Below are positions 1 through 11,700 of a stretch of DNA of 64,000 nucleotides, piece by piece. The notes under the pieces are model-generated. The model saw only the letters and a list, made by a program, of their open reading frames with translations. It ran no database searches and was not told the DNA's origin. The position numbers and the translations under genes are program-made. How positions within the stretch are numbered: the stretch's first letter is position 1; every line of letters starts with the position of its first letter. Source of the DNA: Octopus sinensis (Eukaryota). The DNA is taken from positions 99,200,001 through 99,264,000 of the forward strand of contig NC_043001.1 in NCBI RefSeq assembly GCF_006345805.1, read 5' to 3'.

Positions 1-44
1 GAGAAGAACGTTTCTTTTCCATAACTGTTGGCTCCATCCACCAT

Positions 45-669
45 TGCAGTGATGATCCTGCATACATCCAAAACATGATATGGCATGCCATCTATGGACA
101 CATTGTCCCTACTCCCTCGTTTCCAGTCCTTCCCTACAACACAGCCTGGCTCATAACACCACAGTTACATTTATTCATTGTTCCATGCATTTGGGGGTTT
201 AACCCAGACTTCTTCCCTGACCTGCACAAAGGTATTCTCTTTCTCTTCTGTGGGTTGCAGCAATGCGGCATGTGGGTGTCTCCACTTGTACTTGAATATT
301 GCCCTGTGTGGCACTGACACCTGAGCCTATCCCGTCCTGGGTGACATATTATACCAAAAAACAGCCTCGACTGGTGAGATGTGGCCGCTCTCTGCTATGG
401 TCTTGATGGTGCGATGATGCCTCTCCACAACCCCACTGCTACTTGGCCAGTATGCCGCCCTGAAGAAACGGCTAACATGCCACTTGTTGAGCATTTCCCC
501 CAGCTCCTCGGAGCGAAACGCAGTGCCGTTGTCCACAAGCAGATCATCCATGGGGCCTCATTCTAGGAATATCTCATTTAGTATTCTTGTGATTTCCTCT
601 GCGGTCCCCTTCTTCATCTCCCTCAATATGGCCAACCGCCCCAGTCCTTTTTTTTCTTTCTTTTCAGCC
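45..669 (-). mobile_element. Gypsy-type LTR retrotransposon integrase remnant
   Basis: Minus frame reads GTAEEITRILNEIFLE*GPMDDLLVDNGTAFRSEE...AAYWPSSSGVVERHHRTIK (integrase core with DNG and ER motifs; one in-frame TGA), then EEVWVKPPNA and NVSIDGMPYHVLDV C-terminal motifs. Confidence 0.85.
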
Positions 670-1229
670 GAAATAACTTGTGATGTGAAGGAGTAAAAAG
701 ATGGAAGCAAAGAGAGAATTGTGGTAGTCTTACCTGTTGGTATGGAAAGGGTCACTCACAACATCCATGTGCTCTGTCCGTTACTGTACTGTCTAACACA
801 CCTGCTCTCATCTGCTGTCTGCTGCCAAATGGCTGCTCGCACCTCGCTGACTCCATATACCTACCACGACCCTTCCAGTGCAATCCACAGGCCCCACTTC
901 CAACAGGACATGCTTACTCCCTCACTTCCGGTCCTTCCCTACAACACAGCGTGGCTCATAACACCACAGTTACATTTATTCATTTTCTCATATTATAGTA
1001 TATGGGGCCTGTGGGTCACACTGGAAGGGCCACGGTAGGTATATGGAGTCAGCGAGGTGCGAACAGCCATTTGGCAGCAGACAGCACATGAGAGCAGGTG
1101 TGTTAGATAGTACAGCAACGGACAGAGCACGTGGATGTTGTGAGCGACCCTTTCCATACCGACAGGTAAGACTATCACAATTCTCTCTTTACTTCCATCT
1201 TTTTACTCCTTCACATAACAAGTTATTTC
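670..1229. repeat. Inverted repeat of LTR-like fragments (arms 670-896 and 1003-1229)
   Basis: The arms are near-identical reverse complements; the ORF track shows matching peptides MVVLPVGMERVTHNIHVLCPLL (+721) and MIVLPVGMERVAHNIHVLCPLL (-1178). Confidence 0.9.
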
Positions 1230-2891
1230 TATTCTCATTCCCCAACTTTTCTATCTCCTTTCAAGTTGACATAGCTTAAGTTAATTTCCTTTTGTTGTGT
1301 ATCCTCAGAGAACTTTTGTTAAGCTTATTGAAACTTCTATGCTTCTCATATCTTCCAACCTCTGTTTCTTTTTTATTAACTTGAATCAATTTTTTAAAAC
1401 CCGCACTCTGACACTGTTGTCTTGTACTTTAATATCTCTGACATTAATCCAACTTTTCTTGTCAGCATTGAGTAAAGGTTTTCTTTCTTGTAAAAGAACA
1501 GAGGTATTTTTTAGATGTCAGCTTTCCTTTGTGAATAACTTGATATGCTACTTGATTTAGTGTTTTGATGGAATACACTTTGATTGCATTGATCAAGACT
1601 TCAGACTGTATCTGATGGTGAAGTTTCGGCTTGAGAGTTCAGGAGTGTTGGGAAGTATAGTGTTACCCATTAGTCCTCACTATTCCCAGGTCTGTTCTGG
1701 TCTGTAGTGTTGGTACCTTTCAAGAGTCCTATTTATGGGTCAAATAGCAGAAGATGGTCAGCTTCTAGTTATGTATCACATAGATCTAATTGTCTTGCAT
1801 GAAAGCAGTTTAGGGTGCCTAAAAGGTTGGGGACTGCTGCTATAAATAGACTAGCAGAAATAATAGGAGACCCATACTTCTCAAGAAAAATCATGATCTT
1901 CAGACTTTGGAATTCATGAACACCTGACATCTGTAGACAAGAGAGAAAGAAAAATAGGGGGGTGAGGGAGAGTAACTTTGATTACTCTTTTTCTTTTTAG
2001 CATATATTTTTACTTTGTCTTTTTTACAATATTTTTCTAGTTTTTTTTACTGCTGCTGCTGCTACTACTGCTACTACTACTACTACTACTACTTGTAGTT
2101 AAAGCAGGGGTGTTTTTTCTACACCAACCAACATTGTTACAACAATTGTCCATTGGAGATAGCTTCTATGTGTTCAATTGACCTGCTAGAAATAGACCAT
2201 ATTCCTCTCCTATATGTGAAACCATTTGTCTATGCAAGAAAACAGTGCTATTACATTCATAAGGGCAATGGATTGAGAATCATGGGAGCACTAAGCAAAA
2301 TACCTTGTGATTCTTGTTGTGGTTCTTGACATTGTGAATTAAATCCAGCTGAGATCAACTTTCTAGTATCAAAATAAATACATAAATAAATAAAATAAAA
2401 TGAAATAAAAACCAAACTACCAGTCAAGTACTAAGATTATTCTCACTCCTCAAATACCTGGCATTTATCTATGTAAGAAAGCACTATTATTACATATATC
2501 TGGTGCAGCTATGGGTGTGTGGTTAAGCAACATGCTTTTGAGTTCCATACCACTGCATGGCACCTTACGCAAATGTTTTCTAGAAGAGCGTCAGATTGTC
2601 CAACAACTTGTGAGTGAAATTTTGTACATCAGAAATACATGCAAGTCTGTTTTGTGTGTGTGTGTGTAAATACACATACATAGATATATTGGTATTAAGA
2701 AGGGCATCCAGCTGTAGAAACCATACCAAATCAGACTGGAGCTTGGTGCAGCTCTCTGTCTCACTGGTTCCAGTCACACTGTCTAACCAATGCCAGCATG
2801 AAACGCAGATACTAATTGATGCTGCTGCTGCTGATTATGATATATAAAGAAAATGAGATGACAAAGGAATGATTATCTTACAATCTTCACT

Positions 2892-2972
2892 AGCTTACAG
2901 CTGTTTCGGCCATGAGATGCAGTGGATTCATAGTTGAATACCTGACTAACACTGTGTAGCTTCATTGGAGCC
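2892..2972 (-). ncRNA. Degenerate minimal type-I hammerhead ribozyme motif
   Basis: Minus strand GGCT-CCAATGA-(stem II with CAGTG/CACTG)-GAAAC-AGCT-GTA-AGCT. Palindromic stem III loop is intact; the core differs from CTGATGA at two positions. Confidence 0.55.
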
Positions 2973-3039
2973 TTGAATATGAAGTGCAATTTTTATATAC
3001 ATATACATATACATGTATGTATATATATGTATATAAAAA

Positions 3040-3398
3040 CACCATTCGAGCATGATTGTTACCTTTGTTGCCTTACTGGCACTTGTGCTGGTGGCACATG
3101 GAAAAACATTTGAGCAAGATCATTGCCAGTGCCGCTGGACTGGCTCCTGTGCAGGTAGCACATAAAAAGCACCATTTGAGCATAACCATTGCCAGTACCA
3201 CCTGACTGGCTCTTGTGCCAGTGGCACGTAAAAGCACCCACTACACTCTTGGAGTGGTTGGCATTAGGAAGGGCATCCAGCTGTAGAAACTCTGCCAGAT
3301 CAGATTGGAGTCTGGTGCAGCCATCTGGTTTGCCAGACCTCAGTCAAATTGTCCGACCCATGCTAGCATGGAAAGCGGACGTTAGACGATGATGATGA

Positions 3399-3400
<2 letters not shown>
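3040..3400 (+). mobile_element. RTE-type LINE 3' end / SINE (family B) with (GAT)n tail
   Basis: ctacactc..gagtggttggcattaggaagggcatccagctgtagaaac...catggaaagcggacgtt+(gat)n. The same sequence occurs at about 23820-23980, 29270-29436 and 34958-35131 (+) and about 56785-56975 (-). Confidence 0.85.
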
Positions 3401-3432
<32 letters not shown>

Positions 3433-3938
3433 TCATCATCATACATATATATACACACATGTATTTTTATGTATGTGTGTGTGTGTGTTTATCTCCTTGA
3501 GACTTTATATTGACATAATTTGGACAGTAGTCCAAATTATATCAATATATCCTGTATCTGGAATCAGATACTTTACTTTATCTTTTATCTCTTACTTGTT
3601 TCAATCAGTAGATTGTGGCCTTGCTGGGGCACTGCCTTGAAGAATCTTAATTCAATCAATCAACCCCAGTACTTATATTTTTTTATAGCCTAGTACTTAT
3701 TCTATTAGTCTCTTTCTGCTGAACTCCTAAGCTATGGGGATATAAACACACCAACACTGATTGTCGAGCAGTGGTGGGATACAAACACAGATGCAAATAC
3801 ACATACACACATAGTGGATTTCTATCACTTTCTGTCTCCCAAATCCACTCACAAGGCCTTGGTTGGATCAAGGCTATTATAGAAGACACATGCAACCATA
3901 CGGGTGGGAAGCAAACTTCTTACCACCAGCACCCACAT

Positions 3939-4185
3939 CAGCCGTTCTCAGCAGGCTCCATATGGCTCTTGGGACTCCATAAAAAATTTGTTAAAATTTA
4001 TCTCCAATAAATTGGTTATTGTTCTACAATACTCAAAATATTTTGACAATTTTTTAATATAATTTTTAATAATATTTAATTATAAAAATATAAAATTTTT
4101 TAAACATAGAATGGCCAGGAGGGTTCACCCAAGTAAAATAGGAATCAAAGGGGTCCATAGATAAGAAAATGGTTGAGTAACACTG
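3939..4185. mobile_element. hAT (Charlie-like) MITE
   Basis: Ends cagccgttctcagc / gttgagtaacactg are imperfect inverted repeats; flanking 8-mers acccacat / acctacat (7/8) form a TSD. Confidence 0.7.
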
Positions 4186-4899
4186 ACCTACATTAAAACA
4201 AAAGAGAAAAAAAATAGTTAAAGGAAGGGCGATTTGCCATAGAATACTGCCTCATGAAGTCTTGCCCAACCCATATCAATATTGAGAAAGCAAACATAGA
4301 AAAACAATGAACAAAGATACATTGGTATACATTATAATTTTACTCGTTTACCTATTGTGACCATGTGATATATTTTATACTTGTTAATTCCTATGAGTAT
4401 GGATCTTTTAATATTTATTTACAGACATGCTCTTATATCACATTGGTGGTAAGACATGTAAGTCATACATTGGTCTAAAAAGTCATTTAAATATCCACAA
4501 ATAACTTTGCATGGAAAAAAATCTGCAATATGTTTTATTCACCATTATTTTTTTACACTTGAGTATATTGCTTTAGTCCTCAATTTTCAGATTGATGTTG
4601 TTTGTATTAAATTTCTCACACTATACATAAGTGAATGTGGTTTGCATGTATGCAAATATGTGAATTTGTGAATGTGTGTGTGCATGCACATATATATGTA
4701 TGTGAATATGTACATACTTGTTTCAATTTCAACAGGAAATCAATGGAAGAGATATACTTGACCTTGCCCCTATCATTTCACTCAGTTTACTGACTTGAAG
4801 CTGCAGAAAATATATTCTATTAACACGCCATTGCTATCATCTCCACATTTCAGCACTTACATCACCACCATCACCATCTCTCTCACCAATAAATACTAC

Positions 4900-5300
4900 C
4901 ATCAGGCATGACTGTGTGGTAAGAAGTTGCTTTCAAGCCACATAGTACCTTGGACAAGTGTCTTCTACTGTAGCCCTGGGCTGACCAATGCCTTGTGAGT
5001 GAATTTGGTAGACAAAAGCTGAAAAAAAATCCATCGTGTGTTTGAGTGCACTTGTGTGCATGCATGTGTGTGTTTGTGTTCGCCCACCCCACCACTTGAC
5101 AACCAGTGTTGGTTTGTTTATGTCCTTCTAATTTAGTGATTCAGCAAAAGGAGTCTAATAGAGCGAGCACCAGACTTCAAAAAACAAAAGTACTGGGATT
5201 GATTTGTTCAAGTATCTGGATCAAGTACTGAGGTTGAGTTGTTCAAGGCTGTGCCCCAGCATGGTCACAGTCTAATGACTGGAACAAGTAAAAGAAAAGA
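4900..5300 (+). mobile_element. SINE family A copy
   Basis: Same head/core/tail as 56255-56653 (gctgtgtggtaag...gccttgtgagtgaatttggtagac...cagcatggtcacagtctaatgactggaacaagtaaaag). Other copies at about 3575-3900(-), 18425-18855, 25800-26335, 35915-36225(-) and 45895-46330. Confidence 0.85.
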
Positions 5301-5787
5301 GCACCAAAGCAATGAAATGACAGAATCATTAGAATGTTGGATAGAATACCTTGTGGTATTTGTTCCAGCTCCCTGTGCTCTGAATTTATATCCCATCACA
5401 GTCAAATTTGCCATTCAAGTTTTCAGGATCAAAAAAAAAAAAATCTATCAATACTGGATGGTTGATTGTTTGTGGGTTGGATGAGATGCTTTGTGATACC
5501 AGATTCTCACAGAAACACCTGCAACGAAACTGGTGCCAAGTAATATTAGCCAAGGTTGGCTGCCCTTCCCTTACATATAAACATTAGTGCTACAAAAGGG
5601 AAAATTTTCATGCATAAGCAACTGATTTTCTTACAAAAAAAAAATCTTACCCAGGCCTGTGTGTTCATATGTAGATGCTTGATCAACATTGACTGATGGT
5701 GATCCTATTACCACCACCACCATCATAAGAGCCAGGGAAGGGGTCTTGACAGTCAACCTACCAGAAAAAAAGGAACCAAATCTTTCT

Positions 5788-6014
5788 TTAACCCTTTAGT
5801 ATTTAAACCGGCCATATCCGGCCAAAATATTTAATCAGTTTTATGTTCAAACTGACCAGATCCAGGCTCTCACACCTACCCTACAATGCTATTATACATT
5901 AAGTAATTACACCATCAAGATCTTGAAGATATGAGATAATGTATGATTAATTCAAATCAATGTGAATCAATAAGCATTACGTTTGATAGAATAATCTGAA
6001 CACTAAAGGGTTAA
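5788..6014. mobile_element. piggyBac-type MITE (TTAA ends)
   Basis: TTAA-ccctttag...ctaaaggg-TTAA. A diverged full copy lies at 14029-14252 and a partial reverse copy at about 26399-26490. Confidence 0.75.
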
Positions 6015-6208
6015 ATTCCATCAAAGCAATTAAGATGATTCAAGTTGATCCTCATAAAAGTATGTGCAAAAAATATAATCATAAATAAACAAATATAAAG
6101 CCTTAAATAAAATTTTACTATAAAATTTATTTTATGAGAAAACTCTTTTGTTTTGCAAAATTATATAATGATTTACATATTTACTCTTATTTTATTTTCG
6201 TTTACCAG

Positions 6209-6331
6209 AATGTTATTAATACTTTCACAAAGACCGCCAGTCATGATCGCTGTACGTTCATTGGTAATGTGACAGTCGGGAGAGATGTCACCATCAAGCA
6301 ACTGAGGGAATCCTACACTGCTGTTGTTTTG
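6209..6331 (+). CDS. FDXR: Adrenodoxin reductase, first coding exon found in window (internal exon, 123 nt)
   Basis: ccag|AAT...TTG|gtaagg. [41 protein letters not shown] matches vertebrate NVINTFTQTA..RC.F.GNV.VGRDVT...LRE.Y.AVVL. Confidence 0.96.
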
Positions 6332-6454
6332 GTAAGGTATCCACTAAAGTAATGTATGTGTGTACACACACATGCACGCACGAATGCACACACACACACA
6401 CACACACACTCTCTCTCTCTCATCAAAGATAATGTCCTTTTCATATGTTCAGTA

Positions 6455-6702
6455 TTTCCTGAGTATTCTTATTTCTTTACTGCCCACAAGGAGCTACACA
6501 CAGAGGGTACAAACAAGGACAGACAAAAGGATTAAGTCGATTATATCGACCCCAGTGTGTAACTGGTACTTATTTGATCAACCCCAAAAGGATGAAAGGC
6601 AAAGTCAACCTCAGCGGAATTTGAACTCAGAACGTAGCGGCAGACAAAATACCGTTAAGCGTTTCGCCCAGCGTGCTAATGTTTCTACCAGTTCGCCACC
6701 GT
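6455..6702 (-). mobile_element. SINE family C copy
   Basis: Reverse complement of ggcggcgagctggcagaa..gttagcac...ttctgagttcaaattccgc.gaggt.gactttgcctttcatcc consensus. Other copies at about 10590-10790, 12428-12605, 44845-45077(-) and 54600-54804(-). Confidence 0.85.
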
Positions 6703-8121
6703 CTGAGTATTCTACCACTGAGTAGAATACATGCAAACCACAATAACCTCTACTCTTCTGGAACTGCCATCTGTGTCAGTTTGCACCTATATGTACCTGA
6801 CACAGTTACTTGTTATCTTTTCCTCATTGCTTCTATTTGTCTTCATTCAGATTCCATACAACACACTTCCTCTGATCTTTCCCAAAACTTTCTGCTTCTC
6901 CCATTCTTTCAAGCTGAAAATCAGCTGTCTTAGTTCCAAGAGGTCCTGAGATGGGAACTCCTTCCGCACCACCTCAGGTTGATTACTAGCTCTGTGATTG
7001 TGTTTGCCTCCTCACCACTTGACAACTGGTGCTGGTTTGTTTACACCCCCATAACTTAGCAGTTCAGCAAAAGACACTGATAGAATAAGGACCAGCACAC
7101 ATTTCCCTTACTATCCTCTGGAGCAACACTTTTTCCATTATGTCTGCTAGTGCCATGAGAAATGTTTCCATATTGTGAGAGGCAAGATTCTCCATTAATA
7201 GAATCTTCATTTAACTAAACTTAGTCCTCTTTGTTTCTTAAACTCTGATGCATCCATATTTTTATAACTGTAAATCGTTCACTTTTAAATCAGAATTTGG
7301 AACAAATAGATCTTTTAAAATCCTTTCCAATATGTTTATTATTAATTTCAAGAGAAAATCCTGATTTATGCAACAATGTAGAGGTTCCAAAATTGGCTCT
7401 TTTCTTCTGGAATATGTACAAATGTCATAATTACCCATAAAGTTAACACATAAGTACCAAACTTTAAAATAAGCACTGGGATTGATTTATTTGATTAAAC
7501 CCTTAGAGGTGGTACCCCAGCATGGCCATGGTCCTATAACTGAAACAAAGAAAAGATAAAAGAAAAGACATGTATGCCTGTTTTGTGATACAAACAGGAT
7601 AAATTGAACTCAATATGCAAAAAACATATTTCTTTATGTTATTGTAATACAACGTAAGTGACTCAAGAGCCTATAGTATTGTTTATGGCAATCGTCATAC
7701 ATATGATGGACTTCTACACAGCTTCTATGAACCAAATTCCAGTCACAAGACTTTGGTCAGCTTGGGGCTACAGTATGAGTCACATGTGCAAACTGTTAAC
7801 TTCTCAACTACACAACTGTGTTGGATTAGACTTCAATAGTTTTGTTTTGGGGAAATTTCTTTTTTAACCACTTCATGCTTAACTTAACACTTACCACTGA
7901 ACCATAAAATAGCAACTCAGTCTGTTATCAGTTTGAAGCACTTCCTCAATATCAGTCTGTGTCTCCTACTTAGGTTACGATTTTTAAACTCATTGATGAG
8001 AGAACTGAATAAACAATAAATCATTTCTTTATTTTTTATATATATCTTATATTTTTAGATATTCATATATTTTATATTTAGTTGTTTATTACGTTTCTGG
8101 ACATTTTTTTTCTATTTCCAG

Positions 8122-8166
8122 GCATATGGAGCAGATTCTGAACGGAAACTAAATGTTCCAGGGGAG
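8122..8166 (+). CDS. FDXR: Adrenodoxin reductase exon (45 nt)
   Basis: ttccag|GCA...GAG|gtaatc. AYGADSERKLNVPGE (cf. SYGAEDHRALEIPGE); phase 0/0. Confidence 0.93.
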
Positions 8167-9300
8167 GTAATCTAGTTTTTCTTTTTTTTTATTGTACGAT
8201 TTGTTTTACTATTTATATTTTACAACCGAATCACTTATAAATAATTAAAGATAGAATTTTGAAATTATTAATTCCATTTTGATTGATTAATTTCTTAATT
8301 AAGAGGTTGAGGAAGTTAATGCAAAAATGTATATGAACTTGTGAAATTGTTTCCGTTTAAAACACAAAACGAGAACCACACGCGAAGTAAGCAGATATGT
8401 TTATTTTGTAAGATAACGAACCTTACAAGAGTACTCTTGTTTACTTTACTCTCATTCTAAAATGAATAAAATAACTGGTTGAAAGCTATTTTAGCATATA
8501 ATACGAATACATGTATGTATTTCATCACCATCATTTAATTTCTGTTTTCCACGCTGGCATGGGTTGGATAGTTTATCAGGATCCATTGAGTCACAGAGCT
8601 GCATCATACTCTATATCAGTTTTGGCATGGTTTCTATGGCTGGATGCCCTTCTTAATGCTAACCAATTCACAGTGGTAACTGGATGCCTTTTTTATGTCA
8701 CTAACATTAGTGTAGTTGCCAAGTAATTTGAAAAACAGGAAAGAACAAGGAGATGGAAATGGTGGGGGATGAGGAAGAAGCCCACTTGATGAAGTGGTGG
8801 GGTGGGGAGTATTTGAGAAAGTGGAAAAGTTATTTTATGCCAGGATCAAGCAGAGACAAGCAGAAGTAGAGGTGTCTTACTAAAGGGATAATACATAACT
8901 ACCCTGTATTTATATAAGGGTAGATGGGAGTATCTGGGAAAAAGTATGATGGTTGTGATAGGTTGCCAGAGCAAAAAATTCAAGAAGCAAGAAATTATAT
9001 CTATGTATGCAAAAACATGTTTATAGGAAGAAATTTTCTCCTTTTCCAAAGATCTGAAATGAAATTTTCCTTAAAAAATTTAGAAAATATCCATTAAGTT
9101 TCCTCTCTCATTTTCAGCAATTTTGTAAAGGATAGCGTATGTATTTGTTTATGTATGCTACATAAGAAAACTTTCTTTTGACTATCATTGCCATCTCTCT
9201 TTACTTGACATAATGCTGCTTTCTGTCCCTTCTTTTACACTTTTTCTCACATGTCGTAGTGCACCTGAGTACTGTATACAGTAAGATTATCGTCATTATT

Positions 9301-9327
9301 TTAAATAATAATAATAATAATAATGAG

Positions 9328-9385
<58 letters not shown>

Positions 9386-9800
9386 TTGGTTTAGTTCAGG
9401 TTCGGTCTCATTCCTGGTAGGATTTATGTGGGTAGTGGGTTACTACCTGTAAACCGTGGGTATCTATAAGTTTTCAGCTGTCTTTCAAGTGCTTAGAACC
9501 CTCCTGATAATCCTTGTTGTCCCTAACAGACAAACTTTCTGTAGGAACTATACCAGGCATTCTATTTCAATCTCCTTCAGCCATTTGTCTGTATCTTTGC
9601 TTACTGTTCACAATACACCAATTATTAGAGGTGTGATCTTTATTGTTCTAATGCTCCAAATTCTTCCTATTTCAAATTTTAAGGGATTGTATTTTTTTTT
9701 TTTTTTGTCCTCTTTCTCTACAATCCTGGACATGATGGGTTGATCAGTAAGCAACTTCGCTTTTTCCTATCTTTAATTGTTATGTCTGGTCTATTATTTT
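9301..9800 (-). mobile_element. R4/Dong-like (REL) LINE 3' fragment with (TAA)n tail
   Basis: Minus frame YNPLKFEIGRIWSIRTIKITPLIIGVL*TVSKDTDKWLKEI...LQKVCLLGTTRIIRRVLST, followed by (TAA)n at about 9305-9385. Confidence 0.75.
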
Positions 9801-9814
9801 CTAACTTCTTGTCC

Positions 9815-9815
<1 letters not shown>

Positions 9816-9846
<31 letters not shown>

Positions 9847-10545
9847 GATTATGATTATTATATATGTTTGGCTTTTGCTTTGTATTTGTACAAGTTGACT
9901 CCAGTCTCACCCAGAGACCTCAAGAGATAACGAATTAGAAGTTGAAGTTGGTGTTATGACTAGGGTGCCATATTTTTGATTTTGCACATGTTCTAGAGAA
10001 TGTCTGTCAAAACAAGAAAATTAGAAGTTCGTTTTAAAAGTAATTCGATTATTAGATGATAGTATGGTCTTGAGATGACCATAAAAGGTGTTTGTTATTA
10101 TGTACATTTAAAAGTACTTTTGACAATGTTTACAAATTAAAATGTTTTGGGGATTAGATAGACAATGTCTTTTGTAGGATATAAGCAATTCCCATGAACA
10201 CTATTTTTAAAAAAAATCTTCCATTTTTGGATTTTCTGGTATCAGAGATAGGTAGCAATCAGCCCCTTTTGCTATCATTCCTAGGGTACCTATGACAACA
10301 GGCATGGCTTTAGTCTTGAGGTTCCACATTTTGCCAGTTCTATTTCAAGGTCTTTATATTTGCTCAGTTTTTGGTAGATCTTCACAGATACATTTATGTC
10401 AATTGAGACAGTTGTATCAATGAGGAAGCATGATTTATGTCTGAAATCCTTCAATATAATGTCTGACCTATTTCTATCTATCTTTCTAAGCACTGGAGGT
10501 GGTTTGTGTTCCCACCAGTTTTTATCATGAGACAGGTCCATTATT
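9816..10545 (-). mobile_element. R4/Dong-like (REL) LINE 3' fragment with (TAA)n tail
   Basis: NRSDIILKDFRHKSCFLIDTTVSIDINVSVKIYQKLSKYKDLEIEL is the PD-(D/E)xK restriction-like endonuclease motif; tail at 9816-9860. Confidence 0.85.
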
Positions 10546-10782
10546 TTAGTATCATTATTATTATTATTATTTGGGTTGTGCTATTTAATTTAAGGCAGTG
10601 CACTGGCAGAATTGCTACCATGATGGACAAAATGCTTAGTGGCATTTCTTTTGACTTTGTTCTGTATTCAAATGCTGCCAGGGTCAGTTGAGGAAATAAG
10701 TACCCGTTGCATAATAGGGTCTATGTAATCAACTAGCTCCCTCCCCCAAAATTTCAGGCCTTGTGTCTATTTTAGAAAGGAT

Positions 10783-11700
10783 CATTATCATCATCACCAT
10801 CATCATTATTATTCAATATTTGATAGCTTCAGGCAAATTTCTACTGCAGCACCTGCTATATCTCTGTGTTGCTGACTTGTGTGCAGTATTGAGTGGTCTT
10901 GTTTTTCTTGCTGTTGGAGGAGTACAGACTCTACCTGTTACTGTACTGCAATCTGTTATGGAGTTTAGCATGTGTCTTTTGTTGTGTTAGTGTTTATATT
11001 GTGTGTTGTGTGTGTAATGTGAGTCATGTTCTTTGTTGGGTACCTAACCTGTAGCATACATGTTGTGGAGATTGTTTACTTTATTGGGTATTTATTGTAT
11101 AGTGTGTGTCTTGTGTTGTGGATTATTTTATTTAGGTTGTGCTGTTGAATTGATAGTGTCTTGTCTAGGATGTTCGCTGTTCCTAGTAGACTCACTTTTT
11201 GGATAGTGTATAGTGTTGTGGGTCCAAGTATATCTTTTACATTTTTGTTCTTCCCTTCTTTTTTTATCATACCTTATACTCCATATGTTACTGGTTTTGT
11301 TTTTACCTTCATACCCCACATTTTGAGTATTTCCATTTTGAAATCTTTGTACTTTGACAGTTTCTCCACTTCTTTTTGGGCAATATTTTGTTCAAAAGGA
11401 ACTTCAATGCTTATCAGTAAGGAGGTGTTTAGCTTCCAATCCTTGATTATTATGTCTGGGAATTAACTTTGATTTTTTTTGTCAGCTTGAACATGCATAT
11501 CCCAGATAATTTTGACCTGACCATTGTCATGTACCTTCTTTGGCACATGTTTATACCATTTTTATGTTGTAGGGTTGCCATATTACCCAGTGAATATAAC
11601 TACTCACTTGGTTGTATTTGTATGTATATTCAAATTTATCTAGGACTAGACAGTCAGAGATGATGTGGTCAACTGTCTCTTTGTGTTGGTTGTATTAGGT
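10783..11700 (-). mobile_element. R4/Dong-like (REL) LINE 3' fragment
   Basis: PDIIIKDWK...EVPLEQNIAQKEVEKLSKYKDFKMEILKMWGMK...TIQKVSLLGTANILDKTLS; (ATT/ATC)n tail at about 10783-10812. Confidence 0.8.

Noticed and set aside
1-6208. FDXR exons for the transit peptide, GxGxxG FAD motif and FGLVRFGVAPDHPEVK
   Set aside because: Searched by eye and not found; assumed to lie upstream of the window.
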